Shown here one piece after another: positions 24,141 through 37,480 of a DNA stretch of 64,000 nucleotides. Positions within the stretch are counted from its first letter, which is position 1. Each line of letters opens with the position of its first letter. The position numbers and the translations under genes were made by a program. Location of the stretch: NCBI RefSeq assembly GCF_006345805.1, contig NC_043022.1:16120001-16184000 (forward strand), written 5' to 3'. The notes under the pieces were generated by a model. It searched no databases and was not told where the DNA came from. It was given only the letters and a program-made list of their open reading frames with translations. The stretch is from Octopus sinensis. Lineage: Eukaryota.

Positions 24141-26532
24141 GGTGGTTCGACTGAGTATGTTGTTGTACTTAGAAAAAAGATTAAGAGATGTTTCTTCATC
24201 ATTTTAATACCAGCCCACCTGAGACTACATCAGCTTCTATTAAACAAACTTCCAGTTTTCAAGTGATCTACATTAAAACCTCCTCTCAAAATTCTTGCTA
24301 ATTTATCTTCTAAATATCAGCTTAACAATGACAAAGTTACTTTACTAAATTCTTCATTATTTTCAATATTGATTGAAACAAAAGGCAGAATATTCCAACA
24401 AAACTATTGATAAACAAACGAGTTAAAGCAATTAATTCTTCCCATTCTGGTGTAAGCACAAGCACTGTGGGATATATTCAGAAATGTTAGCACCGAAAAA
24501 AAAGCAAGAAATGAGAAAATATGATATTGAATCAAGTAAACTATATACTTGAGAAGTGGAAACTTGTTGTAAACTAAAGATCAGAAATGTTGTTCCAAAA
24601 AAGAAAAGTAAAAACGAAAGTGGTTTAGAAATAATCAATGAGGAAAACTGAATGCTATGTGGCATGTCTTGATAGTAAATGCAAATAGGAGAAACAAAAA
24701 CTAACTAAATAAATACTGTAATTGGAAATATATAAAAATATTGAAATAAGTGCTGTTAAAATGGAATTTAAATTAACAAAGTATCTTTTTTATTATTTTT
24801 AAAGCAAAGCAAAGTAGACTACAGTTGTTTAGAATTCACATTTAATTCATTTAAAGCGACTGAGACTGTTTACAGATGACAATGATGGTTAATGTAATAA
24901 CGAGGCTGATTTGTATGTTTTTAGTGTCTCAGATGCACTCTTAGATTTATCTTAGTTTCTTTAGTATTACAGTTTTGAGAGAGATATCTTTCTCACGATA
25001 ATATGATGGATACCAACAAAGATATTCTGCATACATTTGAAGGCTATAAAACCATCAAATTGACACAAATTATTGAATCTGTTTGACCCAACACATACAG
25101 GTAACAGCACCACTTTGTAATTGATGGTCTACCTATTTTTACATGGACAAATAAATGAAAAGAAGCTAACTTGACCAAGACTAAATTTGAACCAGAGAAG
25201 AGTGAGCATTCAGTTTGCACTAGAAAATATTGATTGTGGTGCCCTTAGGTCTGTAGTGATTCTACTATTCATTGTTGGTGATGGTAATATTCCATATATG
25301 CTGTATGTTTGAGTTATTGATTTTACCCCTACTCTTCTTCCATTTTTAATTTCATAGTCCATCAAATAAAATAATTGTGAGTGAGTGAGGGTGTGTGTGT
25401 ATGTAAGAAGAGGCTGATATAATTTTTTTTTTAATATCAATTCCATTAATTAAAAAAGAAAGAAGAAAAAACCCCAAAGAAAATGGGATTAAGTAGTTTC
25501 CTTAGCAATTAAGTTTAATAATTGTGGCCAGTATTTCAGTATATAGTATAAAGTATTATGTATGAAAGGGTATTTCGATTACATTACGTTCGTCTTGTAA
25601 ACTGTCTTCAGCTTTCTCTCGTGTTCTGCTCCTGTGTGTTAGAACATTATTGAACCATTCTTGGCAGTTATTGGATAGCTTATTGAATTCTTATGTTGGA
25701 AACACGTACGTTGCCAAGAGCATTGCTTAGTGTTTGCTCTTATTTACTTATTTCCTTCTGACCCTTTCACTTTTTTTATTTATTATATTGATGCTCTGGG
25801 GTGTGTGCACATAACTGCTAAGCTTCAGGGGTAAAGCGGTTAGTTAAACTCTGTCTTAACTGCTGCGTATCATCAGTATATGTGTTTGTGTGTGCATGTG
25901 ATATCTAAACACATCTCCAAATATATATGTACACATAGCTGCATTCATACATAATTATTGCACAGACACACGCACGCACATGTAAGCACTTATACGCTGT
26001 CTCTCACTTTCTCATGCTCTCTTGCACATACATACATTCAACAGCCTGCTCTCTATAAATCAGTTCTCTAGTGAACATAATCTCTTGCATATTGTTCCAA
26101 TTTGTGTGTATCTACTGCCAAACAAAACTGCTTTCCAAAAAGAAGGGATGTGTTTTTGTAAATTTTGAAAGATATATTTTCTTTTCCATTTGAAAAAACA
26201 AACAAACAAACAAGAAATAATGTGCAAATTTTATCTTGTGACCTTAAATTAGCAGCTATTTAATCGTAGCTGAAGAGAACTCCCACTGATGCTTCAGGGT
26301 TGAATAATTTAGCAGTATGAAGGACATTGAGCTATAACACCCCCCCCCCCCACACACACACACTCTCCAAATAATTCACATAAATGTTTCAATTTGAATA
26401 GCCTTCCTGTCCTCACTTGAATGATAAAGTAGTTGGGAAAAATCTAATGCAAGAAGGAAAAAACCTGAATATCTAATGCAAATCAATCATCAGTCTCTAC
26501 TTGTATTAAAAAAGTAAAAGCTTTTTAACCAG

Positions 26533-26905
26533 CAGTGGCTTTGTGGTAAGAAGCTTGCTTCTCAACCACATGGTTAAGGGTTCAGTCCCACAGTATGGTG
26601 CCTTGGACAAGTAAGTGCCTTCTACTATAGCTTCTGGCCATCTAAAACTTTGTGAGTGGATTTCACAGATAGAAACTGAAAGAAGCCCTTCAGGTGTGTG
26701 TGTATGTTTGTCCATCACCATTTGACAACCGGTGCTGGTCTGTTTACATCCCCGGACTTTTTGCAGTTCAGCAAAAAGAAACTGATAGAATAAATACCAG
26801 GTTTTAAAGAAAAATAAGTACTGGGTTAATTCATTCAGCTAAAAAGTTCTTCAGGGAATTGCCCCAGTATGGCTGCAGTCTAATGATTGAAACAAGTAAA
26901 AGATA
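26533..26905 (+). mobile_element. Family A SINE
   Basis: Head, core and tail present. Confidence 0.85.
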
Positions 26906-27062
26906 AAATAAACTGAATATATATATATGAAATAAATAACTGATTGGAAATTGAACTGATAAGTGTGTTAAATAATAAGGCACTAAAAGAGAATGACTCT
27001 CCCCAGACAATAAAATATGCTTCAACACATGAATTCACATAAAGAATCTTGCAAACCAAATA

Positions 27063-27110
<48 letters not shown>

Positions 27111-27319
27111 CACTCTCTCTCTCTCTCTCTCATGATATTGGTTTCAAATTTTGGCTCCAAGTGGCATTGTTTGTTTCAAATCTGTGAAAAATGCCTGGAC
27201 TTGGAAAAATATATGTAGATAACAGGAAGAGCATCCAGTTGTTGAAAATGTGCTCTAGCAGATTTTGTCTGATCCATGCATGGATCAGACAAAATCTGCT
27301 AGAGCACAGAATAAGAATC

Positions 27320-27612
27320 AGACTTTAAAAAAAAGCACTGGGGTTGATTCATTTGACCAAAAATTCTTCAAGGTGGTGCTCCAGCATGGTTGCCGTCTAA
27401 TGACTGAAACAAGTAAAAGATACAGAATATGTATATGTGTTCATGGTATTGGTTTCAAATTTTGGCACAAGGCCAGCAATTGCGGGTAAGGTGGGGGGGG
27501 GGTCAGTTGATTACATCAACCCCAGTACTTGACTGGTACTTATTTTATGAACCCTAAGAGGATGGAAGGCAAAGTTGACCTTAGTGGAATTTGAGCTCAG
27601 AATGTAAAGACA
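27320..27612. mobile_element. Family A SINE tail (+) followed by a family C SINE (-)
   Basis: 27320-27423 is an A tail; 27445-27612 is an inverted C copy. Confidence 0.75.
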
Positions 27613-28744
27613 TGAAATGACATAGGCATCAGAATGATAATGATGATGATGATGATGATGGTTGTGTGTGTGAATCAGCAGAGATAGCAGAATTGGTAAA
27701 AGCATCAGAGAAAAATGCTTTGTGGCACTTGCCTTCTGCATTCCATAATTGATAAATGAAGTGTTAGACAAAATACAGTGGGTTAATATAAACAGTGAAA
27801 ACCCTGAGGGTACTTTTCCAATATGGCTGCAGTCCAAAAGTGTCATATCACTCTGGGGAAATGGTTGTGGTTGTCAGTGTAACCCCTTAAACCTTTGTAA
27901 TGTTCTTTTGTCTGAGTTTCTGAAATCTCATTGATTGTGGCAGCCAGCATCTTTTGGCCTTTAGCAAGATGTAGTGGGGAAAATGAAATGAGTTCCTTTT
28001 AATTCTAATTTTTGCATATTTTATTTACCTTGTGCACAAGTGTAAAACTTATTTTTGCTTCAACACATTCAACTTGACTGGAAATCTTTTTTTAAAAATA
28101 AACATTATATATTTCGAAAGCTGTTTAAACACAAATAGATAAAAATGACAAATAATAACAACTGCGCATTCTTTCGATTTCAATATTTTCACATTTTAAG
28201 AATATAATTTTTTACTACAATCTATAGTGATGGTAATTTGCATGAACCCCCCCCCCCAGCCCCCCCTCCCCGCTCTAAAAGAAATAAAAACCCCAACAAA
28301 ATCAACTCTTCCATTCGATTCTAGAAATAAGATTTAATTAAATTGAAAGATTTCCAGTAGAAAGCTTATGGGTTTACAAGATCACTTGCTGATAGGATGA
28401 GACAAAGTGTCTTCCATGTGACCTTTATCTTGTTTTGTTATAAACTGAGCTTGTGTATATATGATTAATATTTTATAGTAGCAGTCATTGAAATTAAGAT
28501 TAATGCTCACGTATGTGTGTGAGTGTGTGTGTGAGAGAGAGAGAGAGAGGGAGAATAATGAATCATTATTGTAGTTTTTTAGTTGATGACATATTTGATT
28601 ATCAAGATATCATTTAGAGAATTTATGATACATATGCATGCACAGGCACGTGTGTGTGTGTGTGTATATACTTGACTGTGTGTGTATGTATGTATTCATG
28701 TATATATACTTGTATAAGTATATATTTATGTATGCATAAATACT

Positions 28745-28775
<31 letters not shown>

Positions 28776-29242
28776 TGTGTATGCTTTCCATTTTCTCTTA
28801 AGCCTACTCCTTGTTTAAGAGACTGATTAATTATTCAAAATTTCCAATTTCCACAAGGCTCTCCAACATTAATTTTTAAAAGAATATTCCAAAAACAATG
28901 GTAATTCTCTCCAGATCAGAAACGTCCTCTATTTTAAGTCAGTTTGATCAGTTTCATGCACAAAACTCCCAAACCCTTCAGTCACTTTTGTGACTTTCTG
29001 CTGATTAAAATGTAATCTTTTCTACTCTAGGCTCAGTTAATAAAGGATGCATCGACTAACACTTATATGTATACGAAAAGACAATGTTGTATAAATAGGA
29101 AAAAATGCCTGGGAAATGGTGTTGACCCTAGTTTATTTAATCAAAATATAGTTTCCATATTTATGCTGTAAGTCAATTTTCATTCATATGACCAAACCTC
29201 TAGACCATATTTACAAATCATACAAGACACACACACACACAT

Positions 29243-29274
<32 letters not shown>

Positions 29275-29893
29275 AACATTGAAAATTCTAATTAAATGTT
29301 TAAAAGTGATTAAATTGACTCTTTCTTATGTAAGTTATCAGATCTTGCTTCCGGAAGCAACAGTTATCATGCATCATATTTGAACCATATCTTTACTTGG
29401 CATCTATATTCTGTTTAATGAATTTCTTGATGGAATCTCTCTCTTTTTCCTTCTCTATATTTCTTCTTTCTTTTTTTTTTCTTTTCCACTGACATTTCAT
29501 ATATTCGGAGGTGGAATGTGTGTGGGTGGATGTGTTGAGGTGGGTTCTCAGAGTTATAGCAGAAAATGAAATTTTAATAATGTACCACAACCCATTTCTT
29601 TGCTGGCTTTCTCAGAAAACTTTAAACTTAGATAGTGTAGTGTTTTGTATCTGTGATTGCCAAGAAACTTTATAATTATTAAATCAAAGGTTTTTCAGTT
29701 TCTTAATTCTCAAGATTTTATTTAATTATTTTTTTCTTCTCTAAAACTTTTGAGAATTACTTTCTGCATATATATATATATGTGTGGTGTGTGTGTATAT
29801 ATGGTTCAATGAAAACACTTAATTTTCATTTGCTTTTACCGACTTTCAAAATTTCCCCAGATATTGAAAACAATAATTAATTTAATACAATTA

Positions 29894-30070
29894 TAATTTT
29901 TCGGACTATTAACCTCATCTTTCAGATATGAAAAATGTTTTAATATTTACATGTACATTACGTTTCGATCGGTTTGATCTCTGATCATCAAACCAGTCGA
30001 AACATAGTGTAGATGTAAATATTAAAATATTTTTCATCTCTAAAGATGAAGTTAATAGTCCGAAAAATTA
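29894..30070. repeat. 177-bp fold-back (long imperfect palindrome)
   Basis: Left arm TAATTTTTCGGACTATTAAC...GTTTCGATCGGTTTGAT pairs with right arm ATCAAACCAGTCGAAAC...GTTAATAGTCCGAAAAATTA with few mismatches over about 83 bp. Confidence 0.9.
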
Positions 30071-30218
30071 GAATCATATTAACAATAACTCATCACAGGC
30101 ATTTAGACATTTAATCATATAATAAATTTATTCACAAAAGTCTTCTTCAGACCTAATTTGGAAAGGTGGGAACAGTGTCTGTTCTTACAATATATTGATG
30201 CCTTTTGCAATGATTAAC

Positions 30219-30393
30219 CTCTTCATCCTCCTCCTCCTCCTCCTCCTTCTTCTTCTTCTTCTCTTCTTCTTCTTCTTCTTCTTCTTCTTCTTCTTCTCTT
30301 TCTTCTACCTTCTTCTTCTTCTCTTTCTTCTACCTTCTTCTTCTTCTTCTTCTTCTTCTTCTTCTACCTTCTTCTTCTTCTTCTTCTTCTTCT
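30219..30393. repeat. (CTC)n(CTT)n polypyrimidine tract
   Basis: Directly visible; explains ORF 30195-30401. Confidence 0.95.
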
Positions 30394-31044
30394 GTTATTA
30401 ATAATGATAATAGTGCAATCTTTGGATTTGTTTACACCATATTCCTGCTTCTAACACCTTTAATTACAGTTACAACTTACAAAATGCAAAAAAAAAAAAC
30501 CAAAACAAACAACTTTATTTTTGTTTTGTTTTGCTCTGTTAGACTATGAAGACATTATTAACGAAAGCCGTGAACTACTCCAAAGTACCAAGCATGACAT
30601 AAGCATATAAACGGAGATATTACATGTTACACACAGCAATCTGCTCTTTTTTTCTTGGTCATTAGTTTCACAATCAAATTGATGTTTGTATTCAAACATA
30701 ATTTCACCCCCCACCCCTACCCCCACTGTCTCCTGTGTGGGGGAGAAGTCTATCACTCGTTAAATAAATTGTTGGATTGATTAAATTTAACATCTATTTG
30801 TGATGTGTCGACTCTAAATGATAAATAGACATAACAATCAGATGTATGTAAAATATTTGCTTATTCTTTTACTGCTTCCAATTGGTGAACTGTGGCCAGG
30901 CTGGGGCAATGCCTTCAAGAATATAGCTGATTAATCTGCGCCCCACCCACACCATCCAGTTTTGATTTTTGTTGACTTCAGGAGGCTGACACGCAAAGTG
31001 CACCTTCATGGGGTTTTGAATTCGGAACATAAAGGAGTGCACGT

Positions 31045-31053
31045 ATGTGCATG

Positions 31054-31112
<59 letters not shown>

Positions 31113-31292
31113 CATTATCTCTCACATATGCTCACACACATACACTCTCTTACTCATACAAACCCATACATACACACTCGCACACAATCCCCTTGCACTC
31201 ACAGACACACACACTCTCATATACATATGCATGCGCACACTCTCTTATACATATACACTTGCACACACTCTCACACACAGACACATGCATAC

Positions 31293-31323
<31 letters not shown>

Positions 31324-31600
31324 GACATACACTCTCTTTCTCTCTCTCTCTCTCTCACATACACAGACATACACTCTCTTCTCTCTCTCTCTCTCTCTCT
31401 CATATACACACACACACACTCCATTATGGTCCTTTTATCCAGTTACTTCTGAAGTAAGTTTTACAGTTTCATGATCTTTCTCCTATTAACCACTCACCCA
31501 CACTCACTCATACACACACACACACTCACCCACACTCATTCATACACACACACACACACACACACACACTCACTCATACATACACACACACTCACACACA
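31045..31600. repeat. Large compound (CA)n/(CT)n low-complexity region
   Basis: Directly visible; explains five overlapping His/Thr/Leu/Ser-rich ORFs. Confidence 0.95.
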
Positions 31601-32897
31601 CACAAATTATTTGTAAGATAATTCAAGTTATCTGTTATTTAAATAATAAAAAAAAAAGAAGCTATATCATAGCTTTCTACTAAATTAAATGCTTCACATG
31701 AATGAATTCTTTGAAGTACAATAACGAAGTGTCTGAACGGTTGTTTTGCTTTGGTGAAAAAGTCTCTTTTTTTTTTCTGACTGAGTTTATTTCCCCACCA
31801 TTTGTTTTAGTTGTTAACTAATTGGCAGTAAAATATACGGAAGACTGCTGGCTGAAAATGGAGTATGTCAGTAACAGAATGTTCTGATGTGACTAGGGGT
31901 GAGGGTGGACGGCATGAGTGAAACAAAAACTCCAAACAATAACAACAAACAAACAAAAGAAACAAAGGTGTATGTTTTAATCTGTGTTTCTAAAATTACT
32001 TTGGCTGATTTTATTGAATTCTTGTCGAGAAACAAAGGGTGAGTGAATAAGAAATCTGCTTTGACATTTTTACCCTGCAAGCAAATTTACAGTCATAAGA
32101 TTCACATGTGTAGATAGTAATTGTTCTGGTTATACAACAGTGAATGTCCTTTGTACAACAACAACCTAACATATCTATGTCTGATGTTTCTGGGCAATTT
32201 CTAAATTGACCATTTGAACGTGGTTGCCCTGTTAGGATTGGTCACAAATACATTCTCATTGCATTGAAATTAGACTAATTCTTACCCCTTGATTTGTCAA
32301 ATGATGCTGTTTTTGTGTATCTTTCATCTAGCTTAGTTTCACATAATCCTGTGGTATGTAACTGGAATAAATTAGCTATTATTGCAATTAACAAGATACA
32401 GAGGAGACAAGCCCTACGTGTGTTTGAAACTGCTAGTTTTGTTGTTCGCTATTGCTGCTGATTGTAGAAATGACAAAGACCAGTGGAAAAAATTATGAAT
32501 TCATATCAAATACAAACATTTTGTTGCATATTTCATAAGTTTGTGCCTCAATTGATAGCTCTCTAGAACCAATATCAGATCTAAGCTAATCAGTGAAATT
32601 TCTCTTTTAACCCTTTTGATGTCAACTCACCTGGATTGATGATACAAATTTCCTGTTGTAAAGTCATCAAAACTGAAACCTAACAAATCTCAGGTTAATT
32701 TTTTGCTCCAAGTACCAGCTTGATAAGGACAAAGTTATTTTAGTAAGTTCTTTGTTATTTTCATAATTAATTGGAAAAAAAAGAAGAACGTTTCAAAAGA
32801 AATATGCAAATAAAAGGGTCAACCATACCATACTTAGGCAAATGGTCGCATGAACTTTTCAAAGCCTTGGATATGCTTATATTGCATTTATCTATAA

Positions 32898-33131
32898 CAA
32901 TGGTTCTCAGTCAGGGTTCATATGACCCTCTGAGGGTCCATAAAAGATTTTGTTAAAATTCACGTACAATAAACTGGTAATACTTCTACAACACATATAA
33001 CAGTTTAGCAACTTTTTTTTATACAATTATAAAAACATGATTTTTTAAAACATTGACTGTCTATGGGGGTCCAGTAGAGTGAAATAAGAATCAAATGGAT
33101 CCATAGGTAGGAAAAGGTTTGAGAACCCTTG
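32898..33131. mobile_element. hAT (Charlie-like) MITE with 8-bp TSD
   Basis: TIRs CAATGGTTCTCA ... TGAGAACCCTTG; TSD ATCTATAA (32890-32897) / ATCTATAG (33132-33139). Confidence 0.85.
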
Positions 33132-33718
33132 ATCTATAGTCTCTGGTTATAGACTGCAGTCAGTAACATTTCCTAACTTTCCTAACACTTTCACATTTGT
33201 TGGTGGAGAGCTGCTGTGGCTATCCAGAGTCCATCCAGTGTGTTTTGCATCCCACTTCACTTGATTACACAATGGTTCTTATTTCCTGTTTTATATCAGC
33301 AGTGTTCTTTCCAAATTGTTACTTGCAAATAAGAAAGTTGGTGCTAACACACTTGACTTAATGAACCAGGAAATTTTAGCTAATTAAAATTACACACCCA
33401 TAATAACGAGGAAAATAAAAACATCATGATCATTATGACTGAAGGAAGGCAAGGAAGACAGTCCCTGAATGCAAATTATTTTTTTAAAAACATAACTTCA
33501 GCAATAGAAAATATTTTATTAAATTTTTATGGAAAGAGTTCTGATACAGGAGTGATGTTGCTGTTGCATTCAAGAAGCAAAAAGATACCACAATGCCAAC
33601 ACTTTACATCATTTCTACATTTTTTTCTACCATCAGTTTTGTAATTCTATAATTTTATTCCTCTTTATATTCTTAATTTAGTGGCAGGCACAATTAAACA
33701 CTTGATTGACTTAATTGA

Positions 33719-34015
33719 AATTTTATGGACTATTAACCTCTTTTTTAATATTTTTGGTTTAATACAACATTTTGATTTATTTAATTTTCAAATATTTTCA
33801 AGTGCTTTGTTCTTCCATATATACAGTTTCTTCAGATACTTTGTTTATGAAGTATGGTAGCAGAATGCTTAAAAATATTAAAAATATTTTGAGTGTTAAA
33901 CCAATCAATGGAATTGTAAATATGTTGAAAAGGAAACCTGAAGATGATTGGAGGTACAGCCAATCATAATACTATGTTAAGTATAAAAATATGAAAGTTA
34001 ATAGTTTGGAAAATT
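33719..34015. mobile_element. Decayed element with inverted termini related to the 29894 fold-back
   Basis: AATTTTATGGACTATTAAC ... GTTAATAGTTTGGAAAATT termini; internal CTGAAGA followed by a stem-loop at 33938-33965. Confidence 0.6.
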
Positions 34016-35649
34016 TAAAGTTATTATTGTAATAATTCATCTCAAAAATTTAGTCATGCAATCAGTTTATTATTGACTTTATCTTTTCATACAGTCTTAT
34101 CAACTCAACAAATTGATTTTCTCTGCAGGAATATGTTGATAGGAAATTTAGAACTTTTCAGTCACGTTTGCAAACCCCATCTCAGAGTTTTCTATCATAC
34201 ATTTAACATAATGACTAGACCTACTATGTAACACCATGGTTATCTACATTGACTTATTGACATGTGGCACATACACACACACACACACACACTTTCCTGC
34301 CTTCACATATATTCAACTCCCCATTTTGGAGTAGAGGTTAGAAAATAAACATTCTTGCACAACACTTGTTTCCATAAGGTATATTAGAAGTCACTTGCCC
34401 AGTTTGCCATGTTGTGGGACTGAACCCAAAACCATGTGGTTGCAATGTGTGCTTCTTAACCATATAGCCATGCCAGTGCCTATGTATAACGTGATTATTA
34501 TTATTAGCACAGAAAAATAGGTCACAAGTTAAAAGTGGTTTTAAAATGAGGTTCAGCCAAAGCTCTTGGCTCAAGCATACTTCATCATTCTATTCCAAAT
34601 ATATGCTGTACTTTATTAAGAACTTGACAAATTCCATCATCATTAATAATACATTTGTGAAGTACTCTTCACTAAGAAATTACAATTTGAATCATTCATT
34701 CAGTGTTTGCTTCAAGATATCACATTCAACAACCTTACAAATTATTCCATATTGTGTTTGGTTTGATAGATATTATTTTGAAGTGATGGATTATTGAGAA
34801 TAAAATGAATATAAATTTTCAACAATTCAATAAAAATTGAGAAGAAAAAACATAAAAGTAGCAAGCAAATAAGTCGAAAATAACTTGGTGGTTATAGAGA
34901 GTGAGCATTGTAAATTTAGAGTCAGAGAATTTATACCAGAGTGGCTGACCGTATATAAAACACATAAATCAGTTTATTCCTTTATAACTATATTTTTATA
35001 AGAGCTTGTAATATTAATTCAAAAATAGGTTTTATTATTCATAGATATTTACTTTACTTGAAATTTTAGAATAATGTTACAGAGGCAAAGTATAAATAAA
35101 GCTATATTCCTTTCCAAGATTCTTTAATGTTACACATGACTGCATATTGTAGACACTTTCAACATTACATTCTTTTTATTTAACTGTGTAATCTAACAGA
35201 ACTTTGAAAGACAGTAATACTGAAATCTCCCTCTCTCTCTCTCACTCCTCTCTCTTTGTAATGTGTGAACTAAAAGATGTTAGCAATAGTCAGTATTGTT
35301 GAAGAGAAAAGACTTGACTGCAACAGTGCTAGATATAAACTGTAGAAGATAAGCAGAGAGAAAGGACTGTGCTTCCAGACTGGAAAGTTGTTTGTTCATC
35401 TTGACTGGATGAGTACAGTTTAAACCAGCCATACCTGGCCCAAATATTCTACCTGTTCTATGTTCAAACCAGTCAGATCTGACCTCTCACACCTACACTA
35501 CAATGTCATTCTAAAAATAACAATCACATCATTGAAATCTTAAATCTATGAAATAATGCAATGTGAATAAACAAAGATTCCATTTGACAGAGTAATATGA
35601 ATGCTGAAGGATTAATTTGAACCAAGAAAGGGCACAACATTAAACCCTT

Positions 35650-36055
35650 TTACTCTTACTCTTTACTCTTTTACTTGTTTCAGTCATTTCACTGCGGCCA
35701 TGCTGGAGCACCGCCTTTAATTGAGCAACTCAACCCCGGGACTTATTCATTTTTGTAAGCCTGATACTTATTCTATTGGTCTCTTTTGCCGAACTGCTAA
35801 GTAACGGGGGACATAAACACACCAGCATCGGTTGTCAAGCAATGCTAGGGGACAAACACAGACACACACACGCATATATATATACATATATACGACGGGC
35901 TTCTTTCAGTTTCCGTCTACCAAATCCACTCACAAGGCTTTGGACGGCCCGAGGCTATAGTAGAAGACACTTGCCCAAGGTGCCACGCAGTGGGACTGAA
36001 CCCGGAACCATGTGGTTGGTAAACAAGCTACTTACCACACAGCCACTCCTGCGCC
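35650..36055 (-). mobile_element. Full-length family A SINE, well preserved
   Basis: Complete GGCGCAGGAGTGGC head and (AAAGAGT)n tail; source of ORF 35776-36072. Confidence 0.9.
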
Positions 36056-36524
36056 TTTTGAATATTTTCTAAGTCAAACTTTCAGTGCTGTAATGAGGGA
36101 ACAGAAAATACCTAGAAATGGGTTTGTTTATTCAAATGTTTATTGATATCAGATTATCATGAATGTTGGCATTATTGCAGAAAAGATTTAGTTTTTCTTT
36201 TCAAAATGTAAATAGTCATTTGTGCTAAAAATAATATTGCACATGTAGGTTTGTTAATTAATTACATAATAATGATTAAAAGACAAAACCACTGAAAAAA
36301 GAAAAGATGATGAAAATAGATATTAATTACAAATTAAATGCCATTAGTAACAGACATGGATATAAAAACATTGAAACCAACCAAGAAAGAAAAGATGTTT
36401 TCTCCTGACCTTTTTGCATATTTTCCATTATGAAATTTGCAGGTAATCTGAGTTATTCCCCTCAGAAGCAACATATCTACATATGCACAAAAGTCTCAGT
36501 AAACTATAAATCTCCAAAAATTAT

Positions 36525-36790
36525 GTGATCACATGATTGACAAGACTAACGAATGCTGTTTTACATTGCTGTTTTAGTGTTTGAATGATGCCACCCCACT
36601 GGCTGGGTAGGTAGGATAACGTTCACCCTGATCAGAAAGCTAGTTTGACACAGGGCGACTCATTTACAGCTGAATGGAATGGAGCTGTGTGAGATGAAGT
36701 GTTTTGCTCAAGAATACAATGTGCTACTTGATCCAGGAATCGAACCCATGATCACTAGATCATGAGTACCACACCCTAACCACTGGACCA
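36525..36790 (-). mobile_element. Decayed family B SINE
   Basis: Head CCCTAACCACTGGACC on the plus strand; decayed tail TATGTGATCACATGA. Confidence 0.65.
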
Positions 36791-36859
36791 AACATAAATA
36801 GTAAAAATTCAGCAAAAATGTGTCTTGATTGTAACAGTGAATGTAAGGGAATAGGAATA

Positions 36860-37480
36860 AATGATAGAGACCTGAAGTAAAGATAGCGCGTCATTGAGGA
36901 GGTCATGGATGGAGACAAAAGGACTTTTGACAAACATGGCTGATTGTCTAACTTAAGGGATTGATGCTTTCTCCCTTAGATTAGAGAGAGTTCATGTCTT
37001 CATTTGAAACAAATGTAAACAAGTGGGTACTGGACTGATAGATACATGCATTGTTGGATGGGTTCATGTGGTTGAAGATGTTAGGAATTAAAGGAGTTGA
37101 TGGACAGGAACGGTTGTATGAAGGGTTCAGTTTGTTAAAGTTCCACCATTCTTAGGGCCTTCAAAAATTGTCATGGACAATGCCCCTCTTCTTCTGTTAA
37201 CAACAAACAAACAAGAAGTAAATGAATAAATAATGCTTTGACAAATGTTTAAGATGACAGCTGCCAAATGTGTCATGGTTGTGTGTTTGTTTCCGACTAC
37301 AAGTGCCCCCCTGGATGTCTTCCACCTCCCAGAAATCTGCAACATCACAAATCAAGGATGTGACTTGATACTGTAATCCAGTGGCTGTCAAAACATTCTC
37401 AACAATTCTTCTGTACCTGACTGCCATCACCTGGGATATTTTAGATAACCAGATTACAACCATATTGTCTGAGAAACTGA
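36860..37480 (-). pseudogene. Possible decayed I/Jockey-like LINE 3' fragment
   Basis: Higher-GC coding-like tract; IVENVLTATG and STHLFTF resemble the (IQN.AL)RIATG and H..HLF.C motifs only weakly. Confidence 0.25.

Noticed and set aside
28247-28271. C11-AG-C7-T-C4 run, G-quadruplex-capable on the minus strand
   Set aside because: Simple homopolymer expansion with no functional context visible.
29345-29360. Perfect 16-bp palindrome TTGCTTCCGGAAGCAA with ETS-like cores
   Set aside because: About one 8-bp-arm palindrome is expected by chance in 64 kb, and there is no supporting context.
30541-30580. ATGAAGA...CGAAAG hammerhead-like word
   Set aside because: No stem II pairing and no helix I or III.
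30962-31474. 170-aa His/Thr/Leu/Ser-rich ORF, the longest in the window
   Set aside because: Derived from (CA)n/(CT)n microsatellites.
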